Origin: Geosiphon pyriformis uo1
Taxonomy: Eukaryota; Fungi; Glomeromycota
NCBI GenBank assembly: GCA_016748015.1
Contig: JAAOMT010000039.1
Coordinates: forward strand, 87,904 to 141,665
Length of the DNA stretch: 53,762 nucleotides
Direction of reading: 5' to 3'
The position numbers and the translations under genes are program-made. The notes under the pieces are model-generated. The model saw only the letters and a program-made list of their open reading frames with translations. It was not told the origin of the DNA and did no database searches. Positions 41,604 to 53,762 of the stretch are shown here, piece after piece. Each line of letters starts with the position of its first letter. Position 1 is the first letter of the stretch.

Positions 41604-42794
41604 ATGCTTCGACGAAAAATTTCAACAATATATACCGTCAAGAAAAGAACACGTCCTGAAATACCAACCATGACGAATGGAGTTATACTACCCCCAAACA
41701 ATTTTGAATTACACGACCCTTTTTTGATTTGCTGTGAGGATTGGTTTCATTATCCAGGTGGTTTTGATTTTCATCCACATTGCGGTTTCGAGGTAAATAT
41801 ATACTTGAATTTTTTATGGATTTTTCTCGATAAAATATACTTTTGCAGCATTTTTATCTTTTTGATGTTTTTTTTCTTTTTCAGACTATCACATTAGTAT
41901 TTGACGGATTATTGAATCATCAAGATTCTAAAGGAAATATAACTATTATTGGGCAAAGTAAGTTATAAGACTTTCTTTTTAATAATAATATTAAAAAACT
42001 TGATTTTCGAAAATTTATTCAAATCATTATCAAACATTTTCTCTTGCAAATTTCTTATTGATATTTTAAAGAGTAAGTAAAACTTTTCATTTCTTAAAAT
42101 TACCATTAACTCTAAAAATTAATTAAAACTGACCAATTATTTTTTAATCAATCTCAGTGAAGCTCAATGGATTAAAACGGGACGAGGTCTCCTTCACAAA
42201 GAAATTCCAAATAATAAAGAAACTAAAGTCCATCTAATGCAACTATGGCTTAACTTACCCCGTTCGAACAAAGGCGACGAAGCAACCTATCAAAATTTAC
42301 CTTCCTCAAAGATTCCAATACGTAATATCCCTTCCTTGAAACCACAAAACAGGGAAAAAAACGAAAATTCAGCAACGATACGAATCATATCAGGAAAATC
42401 AGGTGATTTTGTTGGACCAGCAAAGAATGTAGTGCCTGTTAAAGCACTTGATATCACAATTTTTGAACCAGATTACACATTGGAAGAAGATATTCCTGCA
42501 AACTATAACATGTTTATCTTTGTACTTGAAGGAAAAGGTATTTTTGGAGATGAAGAAATAAACTTAGAAGCTGGTAAGGTTTTGATTAGTGCTCCAGTTT
42601 CAGAGAGTGAGGAATTGAGCTCAGTGTTAACAATTAGAAATAATTCAAAAGACTCCCAATTGAGAGTTATTTTGTTTGCCGGGAAACCGATCAAAGAGCC
42701 AGTAGTGCAACATGGACCGTTTATTGGAAACAATTGGGTAGATATTTTAAAGGCTAAGCAAAATTTTATGTTGGGTAAATTTGCAGGACTATAA
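41604..42794 (+). CDS. Pirin (cupin bicupin) ~299 aa; exons 41604-41792, 41885-41957, putative 1-nt exon 42072, 42158-42794
   Basis: DPFL...GGFDFHPHCGFE/TIT...HQDSKGN, EAQWIKTGRGLLHKE, MQLWLNLP and GKPIKEPVVQHGPF; the metal ligands H, H, H and E are present. Confidence 0.9.
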
Positions 42795-43140
42795 GAAAAA
42801 AATTTTATTCTTAGTAAATCTCTTCTATTAATAATACATATAAATTACATTTTTAACATATCTATCTTTGACTTTCCCAAAGATGGCATTTTCGAGACAA
42901 ATAATCTCAACTTAGGCGAGATTAGCGTTCTTTAGCTTAGAAATTTTGACATGTAAATAAAAAATTATAATTGAGAAATTTTTTGTATATCCAAATAATT
43001 TATATAATTTGTCTATTCATAATTTATATAAGGGCTTTGGCTACAATATTGAATCGGAATACTTTATAAATAAAATCCATAGCTAATTTCAGATTGAGAT
43101 TTAATTATTTGTGATAATCAAATAAGAGATTATGTCATAA

Positions 43141-43209
43141 ATTCCACTAATGGTGACTCACGAATCCTACCCAAAGTAAACACAAAAAAGTTGGCGCTGA
43201 ATTATAAAA
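43141..43209 (+). promoter_or_regulatory. Putative promoter module shared by type-B BTB-TLDc genes: TGACTCA (43154), GTAAACA (43176), TATAAAA (43203)
   Basis: The same ordered motifs, some as variants, occur upstream of the copies starting at 15004, 36500 and 52991. Confidence 0.45.
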
Positions 43210-43237
43210 ACTCAAGAATTGTGATTTTTGGAGATTC

Positions 43238-44744
43238 ATGGCGCCCCAACGACTCACCAACGCTTTATCTCGCGACTTCGGGACCTTATTAAATAATGAA
43301 ATATTTTCTGATGTTAAGATTATCGTTGGTGATGGTCTTAATACTAAAACTTTTCATGCTCACTCGCAGATTTTAGCAGCAAGATCCTCCTATTTTGCTG
43401 TAGCACTCTCTAGTAATTGGGTTAAAAGAGAAAATAACACCATTATCTTCTCTAAGCCTAATATTTCACCACAAATGTTTGAGGTGATACTTCGGTAAGT
43501 TTAGTTTGCTTAAAATATACTTGCTAATATTTTATTTATATTTGTTTATTGGTTTATCTAGATACATATATAGTGGTGAAATATTGCTTGACGAATATGA
43601 AGTACCTATAATTGTAGAATTGCTTGTTGCCGCCGATGTGCTTATTATGGAAGATCTAATCAGCCACCTTGAAGACTATCTAATTAAACAACATGAAGAA
43701 GAGTTGAAAGAAAACTTTTTCACTTTACGTGAAACATCCAATAGGCATGGATCTTTTAAAAAGCTCCAAGATTTTTTTACCGACATACCTGCTAGAAATC
43801 CAGCTGCAATTTTTAATTCAAAAGAGTTCACTACCCTCAACAAAATTGCTTTAGCTTCAATTCTATGCAGAGATGACCTTAATTTAGAAGAATCTCAAAT
43901 ATGGGAAAAGATTATAGAATGGGGAGTTGCCAAATCGGGTAGCAATATTAAAGCAGAGGAACTTCTAAATTGGACAAATGAAAACTTTGAGGCCTTTAAG
44001 GGATCAATTGAAGAGCTTCTACCTTTAATACGGTTCTTTCATATATCCTCAGCTGTATTCTATCATAAAGTAAAGCCATTTGGAAGAATTTTACCTAGAA
44101 CTTTATATGAAGATCTTTTACATCACTATCTAGTACCGGGGAGTCAGCAAAAATCTGTAGACGCCCAGCCATTTCGCCTTCAACTAGATATAGAATCGAA
44201 GCTTCTTTATTTGCATAATGTGAGGCAGCTTGATCACTGGGTTCAGGACAAAGATAACAATACTCCTTTTCAAAACCAACTTGGAAATAGTTTTGACTTG
44301 TTACTTCGAGGCAGTCGAGATGGATTTACCCCAGACGATTTTCATCGATTATGCGATTATGAATATGCAACAATTATTGTTATCAAAGTGAAAGAAACTG
44401 GTCAACTGATTGGTGGATATAGTCAAGATTCTTGGACTTCTTGCAATGGTTGGATATATGATACAAAAAGTTTTATTTTTTCTCTCGGAGATGGCAAAGC
44501 TGAAAATGCTAAACTTAGCAAATCAATTAACGGACTGGGACCTTTTGATAGCTCAGAATTTGGACCCTATTTCGGTATGCGTAATATTGTAATAGGCGGT
44601 AGTGATTTTCAAAATAGTCCTGGATGCTCTTGTCAAAAGGATTCATCATATGAGCATGCAATAATGCCTGGTTCTGAAAATGAACGAGTGTGCTTCTTTG
44701 TTGAGGAGTATGAAGTTTTTAAAATCAGCAAAATAGGTTATTGA
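43238..44744 (+). CDS. BTB/POZ-BACK-TLDc protein, copy 6 (479 aa); exons 43238-43494 and 43562-44744
   Basis: Intact BTB, BACK and TLDc motifs; 67-nt GT-AG intron. Confidence 0.92.
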
Positions 44745-46104
44745 GTTTTATACGATTTATTTTGCATTTACTAAGCTTTATATTAAATGGGGCTCCCTAT
44801 TTTAGAAATTTGTACCAGTAGAATCATTCATAGCCTACTGCTTTAAACCCCATAATAAAGACATATAATTGAATATGAAATATTATTTTACTTATTTTAA
44901 TAATAAGTTATTGCCAAAATTGAAAGTTTACCAAAAACAATAAAAAATAAATCTTTAAATAAAATTAAAAAAACTATTCAAGCAAACAATTGAAAGAATA
45001 TATACCCATTCCAAGCTATTTTTAAAAAAAAATGAAACTGCAAATATATAATATAAAACTTTAAATAACAAATTTGAAATCTTTAAAATTGCCAATAAAT
45101 GCAATAATTTGATAAAAACTATTATAATAATTAATAATTTTAATCAACTAAAAAAAACCGATTATATTAACTAGAACTTTAATAATCAACAATAAACACT
45201 CCTAGAATTTATCAATTATTTAATCCTAAATCAAAAATATATCAAAATATTGAGTTAAAAAACAAAGGAAATTTAATCTAAATTTTAAGTTAAATATAAA
45301 AATATAATTTTTTTGATTTACCTTTTATGACTTTATAAAATGGCAAATGTAATGACATGTGTAAAGAATCAAATTCTTGTGACTTCCAATGTGCATAAGT
45401 TTGAGAAAGAACATATATTATCGAAATTAGAGTTGCTATTAGGGCTAGCAAAAATGCAATCCTTATGATATAGTAATCTATATCCTTAGTCCCATTATAA
45501 GGTCTGAAGTGAGGCCAGTAAATATTCGAAAGAGCATAAAGATTAAAAGAATTATCATATGTAGGTGTTTCAGGAATGGCATTATTACTAAATGAGAAAA
45601 TTAACAGAATAAAAATGATTTGAATTATAGGTTCCCAACGTAGATAAAGTTTATGGATAATTTCTATTGACTTTTAAATTTCACAATTTAAGTGAATGAC
45701 TTTTGGTTTTTTATTTTGATTAGAAATCAAAAAAGTTGATTATGAATCAGTTCTTATATATATAATTCAATGTTGTTTTTAACATGATTAAAGATTTTGG
45801 TCATGATTGAATGCGAGATAAGAAATTGAAGATTCTACAATGACACCCTGATGATTCTAATTTTCTTAATTGCTGAACCTCGTAAATTTTAGGCAAATAT
45901 TCTTTGTAACTTTGTGAACGAAGATGTGCTAATCATTTTTCCATAGGAAAGGTAATTTGGAAAATTAGAGAAACTTTAAGAAGTGACAAAGAAAAAACCT
46001 AGTTTTAAATTTTGTTGTACAATTCTAAAAAACGTTATTGAAAATTTTCTTTAAAGTTAACAAGATTTTATCATATTGTATAAATTAAAAAAAATTTGTT
46101 TTAC

Positions 46105-46126
46105 TAATAATAATAATAATAATATA

Positions 46127-46165
<39 letters not shown>
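46105..46165. repeat. (TAA)n microsatellite, interrupted
   Basis: Read directly. Confidence 0.9.
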
Positions 46166-47196
46166 GTTTTAAACGTAGAAAGTTGAATTTTTTCGCGAGA
46201 ATAAATTTTTATCAAAAAGTTCACGGTCTCACTCTATAATAATATTAGCATATAGTGAGAAATTAGTTTAAACGGCATATTCTGTAATGATAGCGCATGC
46301 TTTCTAAACTTTTAAAATTACTAGAAACAATAGCATTATCTCTAATTTTAGGATATACTATTCTAACCTAACCAGTCTTTGGATCTCCTCAAAAAAGTCC
46401 GAAACGATAGGCCTTGTATTACTTTCCCAGTTGAATCTCATCGACATAAAAATTGCCAATCACCCACTCAAAGAGTCATACGGTCTGTCATCTTTACCTC
46501 ATAAACAAAAACTTTGATTACCCGTACATCGTTTCTTTAACCTGTTACAAATCATTCCATTCCAGAATAACCTGGCGACATTCAAAGAAATATTTTGAAC
46601 AAAAAAGAATCAATAATGGCATCCTTAAAATTGAAATATAACTGAAATTACCAATTGTAGACATTTTACATTCTGATTACGTATTGTTTGGACAAATCAC
46701 GTGGTGGTATAAACAAGCACCGATGTCTCATTGGCGAAATAACAACTAAAAACATTTATATTATCTCAAGGGATGACATGATCTTGACTATATAAAAGCT
46801 ATTTCTTAAATGTAATTATCTCACATTAAAATAAAAAATCCCATAATTTTGTCAACTACCCCAATTCACTCGTCCATAAATCATATAACTACAGGTGCAT
46901 CCAAGGGCCCCACTTCAGAAAGTACCTTCACCAAAAATACGCGTTTTAGTTAAAGCTCCTTCTACTGCCTTTTAATAGCGGAAGAAATTTTGTTGATTCT
47001 TTTACGCTTCTGTTACCAACAGACAACGATAAAAAAAATTCTTTCAGGTCGGTTTATAATACCTCCCCCAAGTCCCTGTTTTCACGTCTCCACATTCTCG
47101 CCTTACGACTCCCCATAAGCCCTTTTATTCGTGATTTGTATTAAAAGTAAACAACTTGGTCTCATGATTTTTTTTTATAGATTTTTTCATTACAAT

Positions 47197-47958
47197 ATGC
47201 CACCAATTTCGAAATCTTCCAGATCAATAAAGCCACCAACGCCAAATACGGGCAACACATATCGTGATCGATGTAAATTTTACATTTTGTGACTCGCATT
47301 CAGATAATAATGTATCCTAAAATTTTCAATTTGTGTATTCTTTTAGGTATTACATTGATTTACAATGCTTTAAATCGTGGTCAGATAACAAAAACTCAAG
47401 GTATTTCCACATAAATGTTATTGTACCCCAATTTCCCAATTTACTTCAATATCTCATCTCAATCTCCTTTTGTTTAAAGGAGCAATAAATCATCCTCACA
47501 AATTAGCTGTAAATGTAGAGCGCTATATTTACCAACTTCACAACTTCACCGTCTCTAAAGGTTACAAGGACTGCATACGAAGTAAAATCTGGAATCTGAA
47601 TGACAAGAAGAATCCTGCACTCCGCGAGAATTTGATCAATAATATATTTAGTGCAGAAGAATTCGCAAGGATGAGTTCTGAGGTAACCTATCCCGTTCTT
47701 TATGTCTTTCCTCAAATAATTTTGAGGAATCAAACAATTTATCCATTTCTCAAATAGGAAATGGCCTCACGCGAACGTCAACTTCAAAATATATTATCAA
47801 GACAAAGTTCTTTAAAAGCATCAATAGGGGTTGTTGACCTGAAGCCGATGAAATGGGAGGATGGTGACCTTGGAGAACCTACGACATGCTTGACCTTAGG
47901 CCAAAGTTTTGACCTCCCCATCTGGGACCCAACTGGTATTTCATATATGCCACGATGA
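47197..47958 (+). CDS. TFIIS central-domain (TFIIS_M)-only protein, ~177 aa; exons 47197-47272, 47347-47400, 47480-47682, 47758-47958
   Basis: RDRCITLIYNAL...LAVNVERYIY...YKDCIRSKIWNLNDKKNPALRENLI...FARMSSEEMAS matches TFIIS domain II; introns in phase; probable 5'UTR intron at 47048-47180. Confidence 0.85.
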
Positions 47959-48512
47959 TTCTCTTAAGGAAATATCTGACTTCTTAAAGCCATTTTTTCA
48001 CTTTGTACAGTCAATAATACCCTGTGCACAGCTTACTCATATCTTCTCTTGTACAGTTAAATAATTTTCGCATAAGCTTTGAGCTTACCCTTCAACCTTT
48101 TTTGGAAAACTACTGAAATAGAATGTTTTCTAAAAAATAATTGCATAATAAAGACTTTCATTGTCAAAATTTAGAGAGTTAAATTGAATACAAGTTTATT
48201 GTCAAATGTGCCTTAAAATAAATCCCAATATCCAGAAATTTACTTTCTTTTAATACTTTATCTTGAAGCAATGCTGATTAATGGAAGTTTTTCTTAGTAA
48301 AAGAGATCAAAGTATCTTTTGGAATTAATTTACAAGAATATAGATCATGTGCTAAAAAGTATTCATGTTTTCTCAAACTTTACAGCAATTATTTGAATGA
48401 GTTGAGATCGCCTAATTCTTTATCCCTGTTCCCTGTGGGAATTATTGATCCGAATTCAGAAGGTGCACTGTAAGCAATGGCTTGCCAAATAATTTATCAC
48501 ATCTTACTGAAT

Positions 48513-49776
48513 TCATTCTTGCATAGGCTCAATAATTTCTTCAGTTTTTGAAGCTTGCTCCATCGACTCCTGTCCATCTTGTTCCTGTTGCTTCAAATCC
48601 ACAATTGGTATGTCCTCATCTTGAGAGGCCATTTCAGGTTGATTTTGTATGGGTATCTGTTTCAATGCCCCAATCTGGGTTTTCATGGGAGTGGGGCTTT
48701 GCGCTTCCACAGTAGATTGCAAAGATACTGCTCCATGCACAAATATTGCTGTAAGCATGAATCCAAAAGCGATTCATCAGATGAGTTATTTGAATAATAG
48801 TTTAAATGACATTTGAATATTTTAAACCTGAAAGCCCAGATCCTGATTCCGCCTTCTTGACGCTTTCAATTTGAGGTGTCGTAGTTGCGGAAGTCGGAAA
48901 GATCCTCTCGGGTGTCTTGATCGGTGTAGCGAGAACCGGTTTGGGAGTTTTCATGATTTGTTGTTCTTGTGGTGGTGGTGTTGATGCTCGTGCTAATTGT
49001 TGTCTAGTCACCACTTCGCTGACTTTCTGGCTTCTTGATTGAATGATCGCTTCAATTTTGGTAAGATTGGACCTCATTTGATCCATTGATTTTTTGGCAC
49101 CTTCGCATTCAGCCGGAAAAAGTACATCACAATAGTAAGCGTATTGATCGATTCTAACATCATAATATTCACGAGCTTCTTCGGATTTTGTGATTAAAAG
49201 TCTGGAATAAATTTAATTTAGGATAATTCCAACTTTTGATGCTTTAAAAAGGCATTGAATTGCTGCTGTAAAATTAGCGAAGGCCTGAACCTTGGAACCA
49301 TGGACTTCATATTTTCTTCGGCATGGTCGATAAACTTTTTAGCGTTTGAGAGCGACCAACCCACATCTTTTAGCGTTTCAATAACCATCAAAACTACAAG
49401 GATTATCAAAATTCATTACAGTGACAGTTAATTGTACCAAAATTGAAATAAATTTTGAATGCCTACCACTCGCATTTAGAACACTGTCACTGACTTGTTC
49501 TATGATTAAATTTCCACGTTCATTTAACTGCTTCTGCGTTTCAAATAAGGGATCAAGTTTCAATTTTGATTCGGTGATCTTCTTTGAAACCTCAGATGGT
49601 GATGCTTTTGCCAAAATTAATCATGTTTCGAATGGATGATTGATGACAGTTAATTTGCAAAATTTGATGCTATAGAAGATTTTGCCCTTACTTGTTTGCT
49701 TGTTAAAGGTTAAAATGACAGGTGCAATATTAATTTCTGATGTCGAAAGATCATTTGTTCGTTCGGTGGTTGTCAT
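48513..49776 (-). CDS. Hypothetical multi-exon (about 5 exons) coiled-coil protein with Pro/Thr/Gln-rich C-terminus
   Basis: ATG at 49776. In-phase GT-AG introns join the ORF pieces at 49604, ~49395, ~49202 and ~48751 into MTTTERT...SPSEVSKK...VLMVIETLK...RLLITKSEEAREYYD...PMQE*. Confidence 0.7.
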
Positions 49777-50419
49777 TTTTTTCAAAAGAAAATTAAAAGT
49801 GAAAAAAAGAATCTCGTGCTGAAATGATTGCAGATCTATACCTTGAAAATTTTTTGCCTATCAATAAAAAACACATATTGAACGTGTTTCGGATTAATGC
49901 ACGTGATAATTTGGTTCGCATTTTTGATAAAAAATTATAATTATCTCTGTTCAATATAAATAAAGCATAACATCTAAACCAGAAAGTTGGGTGATTTTTG
50001 GGTGGCATGATTTAAATCATGAGCACATTAATCAGAAGCTGACTATTACATGTAATATTGTGTATTCCTTTGTCATCAGATTCTGATAAATCTGCTCATT
50101 CATTTAATTGGCGATAGGTCAACAGGAAGGTCATCTGAGATTTCTGTTGCCATTCGAAGTGGCCATAATTAGAGACAATGATTTTTTGACCATTGTAAAT
50201 CGAAAAGGGTTTAATTTGCAAAACTGACCCTGGGAGTTTCTTAGTCACCGACTGACGTATCACACTAACGCATCAATCATCTGATGACAATAGAGTTCAT
50301 AAGACTCAAAACAAGTTTTAGGCTGGAACCAATTCTAAGGCATAATCTAAAAATTGTAATTTATTTACATTAAGAAGTCAAATGGAGCGATATTGTCGAA
50401 TTAGTTAACTTTAATGAAT

Positions 50420-51403
50420 GAGATTACTATCTAATTGAAAATAGTGCAAAAAATCTAGAGGACAACTTTGTCTCTTTGGATGAAGCATCATTTATACATG
50501 ATACATTTAAAAAGTTACAAGAGTTCTGCACCCAAAAAGTAACTATAAATCCATCCAATCCCAAGTTTGCTTTCCTCGATTTTAACCTTGTTATGGAAGA
50601 AATAGAAATATGGGAAAAAATTGTGGAATAGGGAGTTGTTGAATTAGATAAAAATATTAAGTTTGAAGAAATTGTTAAATGGAAAGATGAAAATTTTGAT
50701 GCCTTTAAGGAATCAATTGAACAGCTTTTACTTATCTTCTGTTGACTTCTATCACAAAGTAAAACACTTTGCAAGAATTTTACCTGAAACTTTATATGAA
50801 GATCTTTTACTTCATTATCTAGTAGCAAAAAGTTATGAAAAATCTGTTGACGCTCAGCCGTTCCGATCATTGGTTCAAAGCTTTATCAATTGCAAAACAT
50901 GAGGCAGCTTGATCACTGGATTCACGACAAATATAAAAATGCTCCTTTTGAAAGCCAACTGGGAAACAACTTTGATTTGTTACTTCGAGGCAGTCAAGAC
51001 AGATTTACTCCAGCAGATTTTCATCGATTATGCGATTAAAGAGGAGCCATAATTAATGTTATCAAAGTGAAAGAAACTGGTGGGTATAGCCCAGATCGTT
51101 TGTATTCTTGCGGTGAATGGTTAGTAAAAAAGGAAGTTTTATTTTTTCCCTTGGAGATGGTGAAGCTGAAAATTCTAAACTTGGCAAATTTGTTAGTGGA
51201 GACCTTGTGATATCCCAAAGCATAGACCTGAATTTGGCAACCATATAATAATGAGCAGTAGTGATTTTTAAAATAGTCCTGGATGCTCTTGTCAAAAGGA
51301 TTCATCATATGAGCATGCAATAATGCCTGGTTTTGAAAATGAACGAGTGTCCTTCTTTGTTGAGAAGTATGAAATTTTTAGAATCAGATAAATAGACTAT
51401 TGA
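50420..51403 (+). pseudogene. BACK-TLDc pseudogene lacking the BTB exon
   Basis: Recognisable blocks (YLIENSAKNLEDNF, MEEIEIWEKIVE*, LLLRGSQD, CSCQKDSSYEHAIMPG) with stops and frameshifts; the 3' end and flank resemble copy 6. Confidence 0.9.
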
Positions 51404-52029
51404 GTTTTATACAATTCATTTAGCATTTTATAAGCTATATATTAAATGGGGCTCCTTATTATTGTAATTTGCATTAGTAGAGTCATCTATAGCTTATTGA
51501 TTTAAATCCCAAAATAAAGATATACAATTGAATATAAAATATTATTTCACTTATCTTTATTTTACTTTGTGAAGTCTGCTATTAAAAACCTATCTTAAAA
51601 CTTATATATAATCTTTAAATTTCATAAATTTATACAATTGGCTCAATAATATTAAAAAAGTTCCTACTTCTGTAAAATATAGTTTTAAATCACTATAAAG
51701 AATGAGAGTTATTATTCGAGTTTTTACTCAGTAATGAGTGATTCTCAAGCCAAATGTAACTCGAAATTTCAATTTGTTCATTCTTCTCCTTTGAATTTAA
51801 ATTGACTAAGAATCAGAATATTTTTCTATTGAGCTTGCTCATATTCATCAGAAAATACAAATCAAAATAGTTTTCTGACATTCGTGATATGATATTTGTT
51901 ATTCTATTCCTCCAAAACTTTTTTGATATCATGAATTACAATTTAATGAACCAAATTCAAGGATGCTTTAAATAAAACATCTTTTTATCATTTATATTAA
52001 TATTCTACTCAAAAAGAAGAAATTTATTT

Positions 52030-52991
52030 CTGAATCCAGTGGTCAAGCTAGCCTCATGTTATGCAATTCAAGAAGCTTTGAATCAATTGGACGGAATGGC
52101 TGAGCGTCAACAGACTTATGATGACTTCCGGAACTATATAATGATGTAAAAGATCTTCATAAAAAGTTCTAGGTAGAACTCTCCCAAATGGCTTTACTTA
52201 ATGAGAGAATACAGCTGACAATATATGAAAGAACCGAATTAATGGTAGAAGCTCTTCAATTGTCCAATTTAGTATTTCCTCTGCTTTAATATTGCTACCC
52301 GATTTGGCAACTCCCCATTCTATAATCTTTTCCCATATTTGAAATTCTTCTAAATTAAGGTCATCTCTGCATAGAATTGAAGCTAAAGCACTTTAGTTGC
52401 AGGAGGTGAACTCTTTTGAATTAAAGATTACAGCTAGATTTCTAGCAGCTAGTCGGTAAAAAATGTTGGAACTTTTTAAAAGATTCATGTCTATTGGATG
52501 TTTCACGTAAAGTAAAAAAGTTTTCTTTCAACTCTTCTTCATGTTGTTTAATTAGATAGTCTTCAAGGTGGCTAATTAGATCTTCCATAATAAGCTCATC
52601 GGCGGCAACAAGCAATTCTACAACTATAGGTACTTCATATTCGTCAAGCAATATTTCACCACTATATATGTATCTAGATAAACCAATAAACAAATATAAA
52701 TAAAATGTTAAAAATAGATTAAAGCAAACTAAACTCACCGAATTATCACCTCAAAAATTTGGGGTGAAATATTGGGCTTAGAGAAGATGATGGTGTTATT
52801 TTCTCTTTTAGCCCAATTACTAGAGAGCGCTACAGCAAAATACGAGGATCTTGCTAAAATTGGCGAATGACTGTGAAAAGTTTTAGTATTAGAACCATCA
52901 CCGACGATAATCCTAACATCTACGAATATTCGTTATTCAATAAGGTCCCGAAGTCTCGAGATAAAGCGTGGATGAATTGTTGGGACGCCAT
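52030..52991 (-). pseudogene. BTB-BACK pseudogene, close paralog of copy 6, truncated before TLDc
   Basis: ATG at 52991. Exon 2 is near-identical to 43562 onward (YIYSGEILLDEYEVP). Frameshifts and a deletion near 52260; similarity ends at DHWIQ (~52030). Confidence 0.9.
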
Positions 52992-53762
52992 GAATCTTCA
53001 GAAATCACAATTCTTTGTCTTTATAACTCAGCTCACATTTTTGTTTACCTTGAACAAGATCAGTTAGTCACTAATAGCGCAGTTTATGGCGTAGTCTTTA
53101 ATTTGTTAATCTTTAATTGATTATCACAGATAAAAGCCTTTTTATTAAAAAGTTATTATTGTGTTAGTTTTATTGAAGAACAAACCAATTTTCATAAATA
53201 ATTTGTTGCAAAACGTTTTTTTAGTCTGAAAGGAGGGCTGACCAAAATATTGTTTTTTGTTATTTGAGTTAAGCTGAGATTGATACCATCAAGTTAGTTA
53301 ATTTCCTTGATTAAGCAAAATATGAATGAGTACTTTGACATGATAGAAGATATTTTTTATAGAAAAATATATGCAATATAATAATAATATAAGCTTTAAA
53401 TATTAAGACTTCATGCTTTTATAACTTCTTTGCTAAGATAAAAATTACTTTGTACCGAAAAGAATGATGATATTTTAACAAGGTTTTTTCAATAATGTAG
53501 ATTAAAAGTTTTTAATGAAATTTAATCAAAGTCTAATTAAAGAAAATATGGAATATTACATCCTATAATTTATTAAAAATTTCTAGGAAATTTTAAATGT
53601 TTTTTCAATTAGATATAATAAAGCAAAAAGAATTTTATTTACTAGTCTTTTTCTATAATGCATATTTTATTAAAGTATTATAATCAACCTTTTTATATAA
53701 ATGATATTTCTAAAAATAAAATCACTTACCAAAGCATAAAATCTTTATGGAAAAGAATCACT

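Noticed and set aside
43506-43561. Hydrophobic 'signal peptide' at the start of ORF-track proteins (also 36232 and 14698)
   Set aside because: It is translated intron sequence from TTG starts.

Overview
This is AT-rich, intron-containing eukaryotic DNA. It is most consistent with a Glomeromycotina/Mucoromycota fungus (inference from gene families: BTB-BACK-TLDc expansion, Sel1 repeats, TKL kinase remnant, Git3-like GPCR). The window is dominated by nine copies of a two-exon BTB/POZ-BACK-TLDc gene, five apparently intact and four disrupted. The closest copies show a recombined, mosaic pattern, with variation concentrated in the TLDc domain. Interspersed single-copy genes encode a TARG1/OARD1-like macrodomain, a Cys-type glutathione peroxidase, a Sel1-repeat protein, a small secreted protein, xylulokinase, a 7TM GPCR, pirin, a TFIIS-central-domain-only protein and a hypothetical coiled-coil protein. 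There are also two decayed Tc1/mariner transposases, segmental duplications and a scaffold gap. The most notable observations are the module-shuffled BTB-TLDc repertoire and a pirin gene whose reading frame is restored by a putative single-nucleotide exon. All exon boundaries were read by hand and are unverified by RNA data.
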